This document shows positions 36,303-48,796 of a stretch of 64,000 bases of DNA, one piece after another (the first letter of the stretch is position 1; each line of letters starts with the position of its first letter). The notes under the pieces were generated by a model. That model had not been told where the DNA came from. It saw nothing but the letters and a program-made list of their open reading frames with translations, and searched no databases. A program made the position numbers and the translations under genes. Source of the DNA: Camelus ferus (taxonomy: Eukaryota); the NCBI RefSeq assembly GCF_009834535.1, contig NC_045697.1:31560001-31624000 (forward strand), written 5' to 3'.

Positions 36303-36620
36303 TTCACTGAATTTATTCAACCGTATATTAAGAAACAACTATGTACGAAGAAAAGTAATGTGTTATGTGGTGTATAGATGATTAAGCATTTTCATTGTCT
36401 TCAAGAGAGCTTACAAGGAAAATATAAAAGAAATATGCATACATTATTACAATAAGAGATTTTTAAAAAGAAATTATCTTATGAAAGACAAAGTGAAGGC
36501 AATAAGGAAATTCAAGTGGTCCCAAAATGCCCAGAAAATAAGAGAACAAAGGTGTAGAAGTGTGAAACTCAGCAAGTGGTACAAGGAGAGAGCAGAGTTT
36601 AAGTGGTAGATTATCAGCGT
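36303..36620 (-). mobile_element. L2 fragment (degraded)
   Basis: 'tttattcaaccgtatattaagaaacaactatgt...ttgtcttcaagagagcttaca'. Confidence 0.5.
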
Positions 36621-38419
36621 GTAAACAGCTGTACATCCTTCTCTCTCCCACCCTTGGCCTGGCTCTTAAGTCAGTCTCCACACCTTGATGCCCCCACAAG
36701 ATCCTTGACATTTAAAGCAGAGTATTTACAGTCACACTAAGTAACTCTGATCTCAAATGGCTTGATTAACCTATTTAAATTTTGTCTGAGTGCTGAGCGC
36801 AAACTTATTCAGCAGGGTTCACAAATACCAGCAAGAGCTTTCATCAGCTTCCTACTACAGTTAACGTTACATGGCTGTCTTCCTCTATTATAACTGAAAG
36901 TCAAGCTCTACTTCATAAGATAGTCTAATCTGCATTAAAATTCAAATATCTTCATCAATTTCAGTATCTATCAATGCGGTGCATTTTTTGAAAACTGTAG
37001 AGAGAAATATGTCAACAGACTATTTCTAGAGACTAGTTAATGGATTAATATGCTATTTTTTGCCAAAAAAAATTTGCTCAAATAGAATTGGGAGAGGAGG
37101 AGTGCAGGTGGTATCAATAATTTACAGTCTTTCAGAAAACTATAGCCCAGAATTTTAGGACATTTTCAGCTCTATTAGAGTGGGATTCCTTAACTCTGGT
37201 AGCATAGTCTGAGCACCCTTCCGTCTTTGCTCCTCCACCCTGGTAGCTCTTTAAGTAGCTGTGCCAACACGCACGTCATTTAACACCTTAGACATGATGT
37301 GCACACATGTAAACAAGTAACAGATGAAACCTGAGACTTATAATAGTTTACATATAACTTAATGCAGTCTTAAAGATTTAGCACAGATATTTTCTAAAAT
37401 CTATTATTGGAGCTTCAGTCTTATTAATGAGATTAAAAGTTAAAGGGAGTAGTTACATGCTAATTCCTAGGCAAATAAAATATTCATCCCTTTGTAGTGT
37501 TAATTTTAATTTGTTTAGCCTAATAGCTTCATCATGTATTGTTTGATGGAATAACCAGTGATGAATGTTAAGACTATGACACTTTTTAATGGATGATAAA
37601 TCTTTAATTCAAGAATTATAATAATGAAGCTAAGTATTCATGATACTGGATTAATTCAGAGCTCATGTTGCAAATACAAAAGAAACTTTTCTTTATAATC
37701 AACTCATTTTTGAGGTTTTTTTCAAATTTAATTCTATTAAACAGTGTAATTACTTGAGACTTTAATTAAAAGGGCTGCTTTGCTTTTTCTTTTTGGGAAA
37801 TTCAGACAGCAGAATACAAGTGTCATTATTAAACACATGTCCCAAAAATGATGATTCTCTTAGAACTTGCCTTCGTCACCTAGAGAATATCAAATTAGAC
37901 AGCTTATAATAAAGAATTCACTTTATGTGACCTAAGTTTAAAACTTCTGTCTTCTGCACCAGAGAGAAAGTGAAATTTTATTGCGATAATAAAGAATTTT
38001 AAAAATTAAAGACTCTTCCTAAAATTATAATTATGCCTATTACTAAGCTTTCCACATGAATACACCTGAAAAATTAAGACTCTGTGTAGAAAAGACAAAA
38101 ACTAGGGAGTGGATATAATTGAGAACCATTAACCTACAAAAGTTACATTCAGGAAATGGTTTCAGGGGTTGAGAAAAGCTTTGTTTCCCCAGAACTCTAA
38201 ATAATATTGTTAAAACATTAAACCTGAACCAAATGTAAGAAAAAAATCAAATAATATTTTTTAAATTATTGCAATGCATTATTTCATGTTAGAAAATAAA
38301 ATAATTCTAAAAGAAATAGAAAACTCAAAGACCAATTCTAGTGGTTCACAACTGGTTGGAAAACGGGGGATTAGGAATACCAAAAAAAAATGCCACAAAT
38401 ATTTTCTTAATGATACATA

Positions 38420-40759
38420 CAAGCTCACCTTGGAGATATCATGGGTTTGGCTCCAGACCATGGCAATAAGGTGAATTTCAAAACAAAGTAAGTCACAGAA
38501 ATTTTTTGGTATCTCAGTGTATAAAGAAGTTATTCTTACACTATATCATAGTCTTTTAAGTGTGCAATAGCATTCTGTCTAAAAAAAAGCAATGTACATA
38601 TTTAATGAAAAATACTTTATTGCTGAAAAATGCGAACCATCATCTGAGACTTCAGAGTAATCTTTTTGCTCGTGGAGGGTTTTGTCTCCATATTGATGGC
38701 TGTTGACTGATCAGGGTAGTGGTTGCTGAAGTCTGGGTTGACAGTGGCAATTTCTTAAAACAAGATAACCATGAATTTTGCTGCATTGACAATTGACTTC
38801 CTTTCCCAATTTCTCTGTCGCATGCAATGCCATTTGATAGCATTTTACCCACAGTAGAATTTCTTTTAAAATTGAAGTCAGTCCTCTCAAACCCTGTTGC
38901 TGATTTATGAACTAAGTTTATGCAATATTCTAAATTGTTTGTTGTCATTTCAACAATCTTCACATCCTCACCAGGAGTAGATTCCATCACAAGAAAGCAC
39001 TTTCTTTGCTCAATCATAAGAAGCAACATCTCATCCTCTAATGTTTTATCATGAGATTGCAGCAATTCAGTCTCATCTTCAGACTCTACTTCTAATTTTA
39101 GTTCTCTTGCCTTTTCCACCACATATGCATTTGCTTCCTCCACTCAAGTCTTGAAGATCTCAAAGTCACCCATGAGTGTTGGAATCAGCTTCTTCCAAAC
39201 TTCTATTAATGTTGATACTTTGACCTTTTCACACTAGTGTTCTTAACGGCATCTAGAATGGTGAAGACTTTCCAGAAGACTCTGCCCAGATTCATCAGAG
39301 GAACCACTATCTGTAGCAGTTATAAAGTTACAAATGTATTTCTTAAATAATGAGATTTGATAGCCAAAATAGCTTCTTGGTCCATGGGCTACAAAATGGA
39401 TATTGTCAGCAGGCATGAAAATATTAGTCTCATTGTGCATCTCCACTGGAGCTCTTGGGTGACCAGTTGCATTCCTAATGAGCATTAATATTTTGAAAGG
39501 AATCTGTTTTTCTGAGCAGTAAAGCTCAACAGTGCTTAAAATATTTAGTGAACCATGTTGTAAAGAGATATGCTGTCATCCAGGCTTTGTTGTTTCATCT
39601 GGAGAGCCTAGGCAGGGTAAATTTAGCATAATTCTTAAGGGCTCTAAAATTTTTGGAATAGTCAATGAGCACTGCCTTCGACTTAAATTCGCCAGCTGCA
39701 TTAGCCCTAATAAGATAGTCAGCATGTCCTTTGGCACTTCAAAGCCAGGCATTGACTTCTCCCTAGCTATGAAATTCCTAATGGTATCTTCTTCCAATAT
39801 GAGGCTGTTTCATCTATATTGATAATCTGTTGTTTAGTGCAGCCCCCTTCATTGATGATCTCAGCTGGATCTTTCTGCAGCTTCTACATCAGTATGTGCT
39901 GCTTCACCCTGCACTTTTATGTTATGGAGATGGTGCCTTTCCTTAAACCTCAGGAACCAGTCTCTTTTAGCTTTAAACTTCTTTTTTTAATGCAACTTCC
40001 TCATCTCTCTCATCTTTCATGGAATTGAAGAGAGTTGGGTCCTTGTCTGGATCAGGCTTTGGCTTAATGCAGTGTTGTGGTTGGTTTGATCTTCTATTTA
40101 GACCACTAAACTTTCTCGTATCAGCAGTAAGCCTGTCTTGCTTGCTTATCATTCATGTGCTTACTGGAGTAGCACCTTTAATTTCCTTCAAGAACTTTTC
40201 CTTTGCATTCACAACTTGGCTATTTGGCTCAAGAGGACTGGCTTTCAGCCTTTCCTGGCTTTCAATACACTTTTCTCACTTACCTTCATTATTTCTGACT
40301 TTTGATTTCAAGTGAGAGTCGTACGATTCTTCACTCAAACACTTAGAGGCCATTAAATCACTATTAATTGGCTTAATTTCAACATTCTTGTGTCTCAGAG
40401 GACAGGGAGGCCTGAGGAGAGAGAGAGAGAGATGGAGAACAGTTGGCTGAGGGAGCAGTCAGAACATATACATTTATCCATTAAGTTTGCCATCTTACAT
40501 GGGTGTGGTTTGTGATGTTCCAGAACAACTACAGTAGTAACATCAAAGACATGTGGATCACAATAACAAATAAAATAACAATGAAAGGTTTGAAATACTG
40601 TATGAATTACCAAAAAGTGACACAGAGACACGAAGTGAACAAATTCTATTGGAACAATGGCACCGATAGATTTGCTAGATGCAAGGTTGCTACAAACCTT
40701 CAACTCTTAAAAAAAAAAAAATGCAATAAACTGAAGCACAATCAAATAAAGTGATACTG
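38420..40759 (-). mobile_element. Tigger1 (TcMar/pogo) DNA transposon, near full length (2340 bp)
   Basis: Both termini are recognisable ('caagctcaccttggagatatcatgggtttggctccagacca' and 'gcaataaactgaagcacaatcaaataaagtgatactg'). Each is flanked by TA (38418-38419, 40760-40761). Transposase peptides are on the minus strand. Confidence 0.96.
38652..39800 (-). pseudogene. Frameshifted Tigger1 transposase (DDE and C-terminal regions)
   Basis: ORF-track fragments FIAREKSMPGF..KD.LT.LLG (39576-39797), LI.NATGHPRA..EM...FMPA (39243-39485) and [24 protein letters not shown]...MESTPGED...[21 protein letters not shown] (38652-39143), broken by stops and frameshifts. Confidence 0.92.
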
Positions 40760-40909
40760 TACTCTATTTTTCTTAAGCCTTTTCCCTCCACTGGACAACC
40801 ATTGTCTCAGTCCAACCATTCAACGTTTAATTCTTTTTATAGAACGTCTGCCAAATTATAACTTTATTCTTCTTAACCATCCACTGAATATTTCCAGTCA
40901 AATTTCAAT

Positions 40910-41095
40910 ACCTCTAAAACCTTTTTGTATGGCCAACTGAAATCTTTATCTCTGCTCTTTCTGTCTTGGGTCCTAGTTCTATCCTGTGGAGCTACAGTGA
41001 CTAGGAATTAGCCCACTTCCATTCCCTTACTTTTACGCTTGAAAGCAATTACCTGTTCTTCTCCAAGCCTTCTCAACTAAAGTTCTATTTCACCT
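40910..41095 (-). mobile_element. L3/CR1 LINE fragment
   Basis: 'gggtcctagttctatcctgtggagctaca...cccacttcca...cttgaaagcaattacctgt...agccttctc' matches the reverse L3 3' region. Confidence 0.6.
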
Positions 41096-41949
41096 TTGTG
41101 TTTAAGAGGTAGCTAGACAAATCTAGTGGTTTATTTTCTGGAGAAATAGACTCATCTATTGATGGGAAGGAGGGAAAAAATAAGGTAGCACTTGGTGACA
41201 ATGTCAGAATCTAACTCTGACAGGATTATTATTGTCATTATTATGATATGACTTCTCATATCTTTAAACAAATATACTATATTAAAGTATTTGTCAAGAA
41301 TCTGAGCTAGAATGCAACCTAAAAGAGCTGTCAGTAATATTGAATTTTTTATAGAATTTCAAGACAGTTATATCAGCTGTAATTGCTTACACAAAATCAT
41401 AATCTGCTTATTAGAGCTGTGGCTACTGAGTGAGTAAAAATATTTTAGAGACATGCTCAAATTCTTCCTATAAAATAAGAAAAAGTTTACAATTTATGAA
41501 TATATAAATATGTACATAGTTATATATGATATTCACTATTCTTTATAGTATTTTGATTTTTAGACTAGATATTGGAAATATATGTTAAGAGGTTATATAA
41601 GTATCCTAGGAAAATAAGCTTTCCATTATATAAAATAATACAGATTTAACTAAAAAAAGTATATATTAAATATATAATATATAAGTATACATTTATATAT
41701 AATATATTTTAAAATATGTTAATAAAAAATTAGGTCTTTATTAGCATAAGTACTTAAAATATAATATTTGTTATATATTCCTTAGGGGTTCATCCCTGTA
41801 AAGTTTTTCTAATTTTATGAATATCAATGTCATTAATATCTGTGAATGTCAATGTCTTAATATCTATCTTTCACAATGCTAACCAGTGTTATCTTTTGAG
41901 CCATGATCTATATAAATGTTACTTTTCTGGGGGAAAAAAAAGAAAAGTA

Positions 41950-42377
41950 ATATGATGGTTTCCATTCCCATTATCTAAATGTCAAAGACTGATTTGTACT
42001 ATAGGGTGTAAGGCATTTTACAATCAACTCCCAAATTACTTTTCCAGTTTCATCTCCATGTTGTGGTGGCATTGCCTGCTTACACTGGCAAAAGTCTCTT
42101 CATGAAGTAGATGTCTTCCCTTTCGCTCTGCATCACTTCTGTTCATGCTTCTGAAAGGCAATTCAGAGTGTTTCCTCTTGTGTGAAAGCTTCCCCACCTT
42201 TCCTTAAGCAACCGCAGTCACTCCCTTCTCTGAGTCTATAGACTGCAGTATTCACAGGCCATATTTAATGACGGTAGAGTTATTTTTCCAACCGGACTGC
42301 GATCCCCTCAAGAGCAGGAAATGTGTCATCTATCTTTGTTGTCCAGTGTCCAGCACAGGGCCTGATACTTGCTAGGA
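41950..42377 (+). mobile_element. L2 LINE 3' portion
   Basis: 'tcctcttgtgtgaaagcttcccc', 'ggactgcgatcccctcaagagcaggaaatgtgtc...ccagtgtccagcacagggcctgatac'. Confidence 0.8.
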
Positions 42378-43952
42378 ACAGACTTAGAGATTTTCATCTG
42401 GGCACTTCACCTTTCTTTGCCTTTAACTCCTCAGTCTTTGATCAAGTCCTTTAACACCTTTAATCTTGAAGTATCATGTTCACGAGCATTTGCACCTTCA
42501 AGCAGTAAGATGACAGTAAACTACAGTAGAAATAGCAGAGAATTTTGTGTAAGTAGTTACTGAGTGTGTTAATTTACTAAATTAGATAACTCTCCATTGT
42601 CCTGGTTATCTCTGGTATAAAAGAGATGAATAATAACCACATCATGGGTTTATGGTAAGGATGAAATAGGGTTTAGTGTGCAAAAAAATATCTCTCAGAT
42701 GTTTGACTAGATGGCTTCTAAAACATGTTAGGAGTTCTAATAATCTACGGATTAAAGAAGACCTTTTAGAAGCAGCTTTAAGTACAAAAAAATGTGATTA
42801 TTTTCTCATAGTGTTTTACCAAATGAAAATTGAAGCTTGTCCAAGCAAAACAATAAAAAGAATGAGCTTCTAAAGAGGATAGATTCTTGAGGAAGCATTG
42901 AACCTCAACCAGAGTTGCATAAAATTTGGATCTAGTGAGGGTGTTACTAACAGCCACCAGAATTTAGAAGATGTAAGTAGGAAAAAGAAGCAGAATTCAT
43001 GAAAAGCTTTACTTTTGAGTATAAACTATAGGCCAAGAGAAATTTAAAAAAAACACTACTGTGTAAGAATTGAAAGTGCAGACTACAAGAATTGTCAAGT
43101 GATACTGGTATTATAGTAGAAAATCAAAGAAAAAATAATTTTTATTGACAGCTGTGTGATTAAAAAAAAACCATTGCTGTAAAAGTCTAGATCCACATTT
43201 TAAAATTCTAATAAATTAAACTTCAAGACATTAATTACAAATCCATTTATTTTGATTCAATTATGTAGATTATAGAATATAATGTATTGCTTACACAGTT
43301 TGCTAATTGACACTAAAAGTAAGTCAGTGACTTGGTCTACAAATAATTGTTTTGTTTTCACTCCTTTGGAAGATCAATTTATTCTACTGGCAATGATTTA
43401 TATGTCTCCATTAGAAAACTATATTTGAACTATTTTTCAACAATATGTTTATGAAGTAATTTCTAAAATCAGTAATTTAATATTGGTGACTGTGGTGGTC
43501 CTACGCTTTGTTTAAATTTATTTTTAACACATAGTAGTTATTTTTTTCTGTTCTTATAAAAAAATCTAAACATTTATGTCCAGGTTTGGGTTTAAGAGGA
43601 TTGTGAGTGTGTGTGTGTGTGTACTTATGTATCAACACACTGCTCAACACACACAAAAATACATATATCTTTTTATTTTAGTGCCAAATATATGATGGTA
43701 TTGAGCAATCTGATCACTGAAAGATATTAATGGATTATTAATTTGGGTTCTACTGATCTACTGAAACTGTGTATATTTACCTGTAAGAATAAATTTGCAA
43801 ATGAATTAAAGTTCCTTTCATCCTTTCAGCACTACCATCAAATTCCAGACTTACAGAGCTGAAGGATAATTGTACTCTAGAAATATTTCTGAAAGTCCTA
43901 CCTGTTTATTCTAAGAAAAGTATTTTATGTATTGGAAATACTTTAGTTTAAG

Positions 43953-43956
<4 letters not shown>

Positions 43957-43996
<40 letters not shown>
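43957..43996. repeat. (TA)20 microsatellite
   Basis: Directly visible perfect run. Confidence 0.95.
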
Positions 43997-44000
<4 letters not shown>

Positions 44001-44274
44001 TTCACAACTAGATTTGATATTTAAATCTTTCATTTCATATGATTTCTACATCATGATGTAATTTAAATTTAAGAATTTAGTGCAATCTTCCTAATGACTT
44101 TTGGTCAGCAAAATAGTGAACCTAATCATCCTCTTTGACATTGCGGCGACAGAGAACCTTACAGGACCCGGGGTGCCATGGAGAAAAAAATGCTTGAGAA
44201 GGTAACATTTAAGAGAGCACATTATTTCATTCCTTACTGCTACACTAAAGATGATCATAATCTACATTATGAAG

Positions 44275-44440
44275 ACCACACTGGTGTAGTTTCAAGCATG
44301 GCACCCAGAAATAGGAGATGTGAGTTCTAGTTATGGCTCCTGAATTAACTGATTGACCTTAGAAAAGCTACTGAACTTCTCTGAATTCCCTTACTGTTGT
44401 AAAAAGCAAATGAGAAGATAATACCTCAGTCATGGCAGGG
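44275..44440 (+). mobile_element. MIR fragment
   Basis: 'ggtgtagtttcaagcatggc...ggagatgtgagttctagt...tgaccttagaaaagctactgaacttctctga'. Confidence 0.7.
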
Positions 44441-44559
44441 AAGTGGAAATAATCTCTTCAGGTTAAAGACACATGTTTTAGCAGTAAAACCTTCCATTCT
44501 AGATTTCTTGAAGATAGTAGATAATGAAATCTCAATAATAATAATAGTTTTTCTCTATA

Positions 44560-44795
44560 ATAATAAGAATTAATATTCATTGAGTTCCTATATTATTCAA
44601 GAAACATAATACTCTATGTGTCATTTCATTTAATTTTTGCAAAAACCCCTGAGACATAATATTATCATTTTACACTAAGCAACTGCATTTCAAAGGTTAA
44701 ATATCAACATCGAAGTCATAGACTCATGCTACATTTGAGATTTAAACCCATTATGGTTTCAAAGTCTGTGTCTTTAACCATCATGCTACACATCC
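44560..44795 (-). mobile_element. MIR SINE
   Basis: 'aatattcattgagttccta...tttcatttaatt...aacccctgaga...attatcattttaca...gatttaaaccca...tctttaacca'. Confidence 0.7.
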
Positions 44796-45750
44796 TTCTC
44801 AATATATTTTTTGTTGTCAATAAAAAATGTCAGTTTGAGTTTGTTAAAATAAGTGGTAATAAAAGATATATATATATATATTCTGGCAGAAACAACTTAG
44901 CCAATGTTCACAAGATGCAACAATTGTGTCTCACTTAGTAATAGTTTTCTGTCTTTACCCTGTGACCAGAATACAGAATACGGCTCTTGGACTGGAAACA
45001 TGATTATAAGACACAGCTATGTGATTTGACACAGTCAGCCTGTACATTCACTCACCTCACTTGCTGATGTCACTGCCAAGATGTTCCACTTTAGTTATTA
45101 GAAAAGATACATTAGAGGACCATTCAGGGAAAGGACCAAAGACAGCGTAGGCCTGACATTGTTCTAGGCTGAGAGTCTTGCCTCTAGGAATGTTTTGCAG
45201 ATACAGATCTACCACTCCATGAATTAAAAACACTTATAGTTTCCTTCATAACACAGGCCTGATGATTTTTTTTTCCTCTTCTTTATTCCTTAATTAGAAG
45301 GAGAATTAAATTGGAAGCATCCTCTGAGGCCGATGGCAGATTCCACTTTCCCACAGCTGTGGCAGTACCTCTCATCCCTCACACTCCTCTGCAATCTTGT
45401 CTCTTTGCAAAGTACAGAAGCTGAGAACTTAGGCAGAAAATCATGGCGTATGTTACATGTTAAATGTCTGATAAAGCGGTTCACACCTTATTCTCCCCTT
45501 GACACTCTGAGGCCTGATTCTACCTCTAAAAACATTTTCATTCAGAGCAAGCAAATCCACCACAGAGAATCGGCTACAGCCAGGAGTTGGTCTAAGAAGG
45601 GTCTTAAAAATTCCTCACCTCTCACATCCAGCTGGTGCAAGAACAAGGACATTTTCTACTTCGGAAATAGGAGCAGGCGTTAAGCAGGAGGAGCAATGGT
45701 GCCATTTCTGTCTCTTTTTTTGCCCACAAGCTAAACATTGTGGGTCTCCT

Positions 45751-45784
45751 TCTCTCTCTCTCTCTCTTTTTTTTTTTTTTTTTT
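45751..45784. repeat. (TC)8 plus poly(T)18 compound simple repeat
   Basis: Directly visible. Confidence 0.9.
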
Positions 45785-45944
45785 GATGTCTGTGGTTTAA
45801 AACACAAATGCTTCATTTGGTTAAACTATGTAGATGAGATTAAAAAATGAAGATTCTTGAAACTTCTGTAAATTAATTCAGAAATCATTCAGCCAGAGAT
45901 GCATAGGTATTACTTGCTACTGTCCTGTTTTGTTCTGTTAGAAA

Positions 45945-46930
45945 TGTATCACGTATCAAATATCTTTGGGACACCTCTGTTAGCCAAGCACTGTGTTAGA
46001 TGGCCGTAAGTCAGGAAGGTCTGACTCTGTGCTCATGTGTCTGACATTTTAGTAGAGAAAATAAGCTTACAATTAAATTAAAATTATAATTTGGAAGAAA
46101 AGTACTGGGTTTTATTGGGGTGTATGACAGGGGCTCATAATCTAAACTGGAGTTTGGAGGAAATTTTTTTTACGGTAGTAACTTATAATCAGGGACAAGA
46201 AGGGTGAATAGGTGAGTAGGTATTGACAGGGTCAAGTTGAGAAGAGAAGAAATTTCCAGTGAGACAGGAATCCATGTATAAAGGTGTCTCAGTGGAAGGA
46301 AGCTGAGGAACTGACGATTATCCAGGAGGGCTGTGAGATAGGAAGCCGCAGGGAAAGCTGGGAAATGATGCTGGGCAGAGAGGAAGGACCAGGTTATGCA
46401 GAGATATTTCGGCTACGTTAAGAGTCCTGCACTTAATCTAAAAAGTGTGGAGAAGCTACTAAAGGGTTTTAAACAGAAGAATATTAAAACCAGATTTGGC
46501 ACTTGTTTGCTTGTTTGCTTTGTTTTTCAGAGATCAGTTCAGCTGCTCTAAAGATAGTAGATTTTAAAAGAGACAAGAGATATTGCTCCAAAACCACTTA
46601 CAGGAGGTTCTCCACATTAAGTGGGAAGAGGTGATGGTGGCTTCCACTGGAATGCAGACAAGATGAAAGATGCTAAAGGATGTGCAGGGTAGAGAATTCA
46701 AGACCTGGTGATGGGTTGGATGAGGGAAGTGACAGGGACTGCAGCATCGTGGGTGAATTCCAGTTTCTTTTCCTGGATGTTGGTGCCTTTTATGAGACCA
46801 AGTATCAAGGATTTTTCTGTGTTATTGAGTTAGAGATACTTGTGAGACATTCAAGTAGGGATGATAATTAATAAGTAGGTGGAGAATATAAATTCGATGA
46901 CCACCAGTTTGATATCTTATACCAAAGAAG
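45945..46930 (-). mobile_element. L2 LINE (about 1 kb, L2a-like)
   Basis: 'gccaagcactgtgttagatg', 'ggaccaggttatgcagag...tggagaagctactaaagggttttaaacag', 'agacctggtgatgggttggatg' and 'ttgagttagagatacttgtgagacattcaagt'. Confidence 0.85.
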
Positions 46931-47034
46931 AGAAAAATGAGATTTGAAGACAGTTTAAACCAAATCTGTGAAATACTAAGACTGAAAGATTGGCTTGAAG
47001 ATGACAATAATGGATTAATTCCTACTAAGTTAGA

Positions 47035-47290
47035 GTGTACAGTACAGTGTTTAGGAGCACATAATCGAGAACCAGATTATTTGGGTTTGAATTGTTGAGC
47101 TAACACTTACTTTATATAACTGGAAAAATACTTGACTCCTTGGGGCCACCATATCCATATCTTCATTTGTAAAATGAGGTTAATAACAGTGTCTACTTTA
47201 TGGGAATTTTATTAATAATGTATTGCCTTTATATGTTTACACAGTAACTGGCATGTGGTAATCATTTAATATGTGATAATTATTATTGGG
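47035..47290 (+). mobile_element. MIR SINE, near full length
   Basis: 'gtacagtgtttaggagcac...ccagattatttgggtttgaat...catttgtaaaatgaggttaataacagt...ctggcatgtggtaatcatttaatatgt'. Confidence 0.85.
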
Positions 47291-47321
47291 ATAGCTTTAA
47301 CTATTTAAAAAAATGACTTGT

Positions 47322-47445
47322 CCATTCATTTATTGAACAAGCACTAAGTGAGTGCTGACTGTATCAGGGTCCGGGCTGAGCGCTGGGGACAGAGGGTTCA
47401 CCAAGACAAATACGTCCTTGTGTTCCTGGAGCTCATGAGCTACTT
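47322..47445 (-). mobile_element. L2 3' end fragment
   Basis: 'cattcatttattgaacaagcactaagtgagtgctgactgt...gctggggacagag...gtccttgtgttcctggagctca'. Confidence 0.8.
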
Positions 47446-48649
47446 GAACAAAAAGTTATTCAATGTTCAACTTTGCCTTTATTAACATTAAAAAGGCAAA
47501 TGGCAAATCTTGCCTTTGAGACTTAAAAAAAAAAAAACAGTAATGCTTCCCTCTAAAATCCAATTTACTGTCAGTGAAGAATGCTAACATTGAAGAACAT
47601 ATAGCTCAGGATTACCCACAACTTTATGTCACTATTCTTATTTAACAAAATAAGCTCAACAGGCCCACAGCAAACTTCCAGGCAGGCTAGTCTTAAGGGC
47701 CTTTGTCACCAGACCAGATCCTAAAAGTCTGCCGTTCTTGGTCATTTGCATCTGTTGAATCTTCATACTGCATCAATAGAGTTATGTGATACTGTGATCG
47801 ATGTCAATCAGCAGAAATTAGTATAGGCCTGCCGCACTATCTTTAAATGCTGGATGATCCTTGTGGTCTTTATTGATTATCCAGGGACGTTTGTTTGCCG
47901 TTTGTCTCTTAAATGTAAACTCTGCTTTCTTGTTGAACATTTCTTGGTATAGAGTAAACACCTTCTCTTTTGAAATGCTTTTTTAAAATGCTAATAACTT
48001 ACATGTAGTGTAGCCTTTTAAATTTCAGAATGGGCCTTTCCAACTTGACCAGACCTCAAAGAATAAAGGACTTGTTATTTGAAACACAAGATTTACAGTA
48101 ATAATGAGCGATCAGCTTGATCTCACCTTGAATAATGAGGCCAGACGTGTACATCCATAATGATGAGTGATGACACTCCATCACCCGAGCTAATTCCTAC
48201 AGGAGAGCCATGGCTGTGTTAAACTGTTAACCTTCTAGTGGGAGCAAATGGGGCATCATTCTTACCTCCTCAATTAAGATGTGCATTTCCCTCCAGTGTT
48301 GAGAAGGGTATCACAACATGATTTTGATACAGACATAACAGGAAAATAGAGAAGATGATCTGCATTCCCATTTGTATCTGTGGTCATTTCTCTTCTTCTG
48401 ATGCCACTCATTCAGGTAACTTTACACCTGTACACCTTTGCACAACTGTAGCTGGAGGGCAACGAGGAACCCAAACTTGAGTGTTTTCAAAACAGTCTTG
48501 ACTTGGAAAAGGAACTAAACTCTTGAAGCTTGTTCTGGGCTGAACAAAAAAGTCTCCTCTGCCTCAATGAAATTTTTTTTTTCACAATGTTACATAGGTT
48601 TGCAGATTTTTTTTATTGTATGATATATCCTTATTAAAGGCTAATGAAA

Positions 48650-48688
48650 TCGACACACTGTAACTGACTATACTTCAATTAAAAAAAA
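48650..48688 (+). mobile_element. Ultra-short L1 3'-end insertion (39 nt) with target-site duplication
   Basis: 'tcgacacactgtaactgactatacttcaattaaaaaaaa' matches the end of the L1 at 1984-2020. Flanked by GCTAATGAAA at 48640-48649 and 48689-48698. Confidence 0.88.
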
Positions 48689-48709
48689 GCTAATGAAAAC
48701 ATCATAGGT

Positions 48710-48760
48710 TTCACTAAACTAAATGACTATTATGTGCCAGTCACTTGTGCTAAGGAGATC

Positions 48761-48796
<36 letters not shown>

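Noticed and set aside
39532..40754. ORFs at 39532-39822, 39819-40028, 40019-40315, 40395-40703 and 40503-40754
   Set aside because: Antisense or non-coding frames of Tigger1.
41655..41720. AT-rich quasi-palindrome centred on GTATAC (PATRR-like)
   Set aside because: Short and low-complexity; the symmetry is expected from TA-rich composition alone.
43770..43800. AG|GT recursive-splice-like sites (minus 'ttattcttacag|gtaaat'; plus-strand examples near 3773 and 48416)
   Set aside because: They occur on both strands with imperfect donors or weak pyrimidine tracts, and there is no known host intron.
45333..45683. 116-aa ORF with a hydrophobic, signal-peptide-like N-terminus
   Set aside because: No recognisable family and no promoter or CpG-island context. 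The length is within chance for a locally GC-richer segment.
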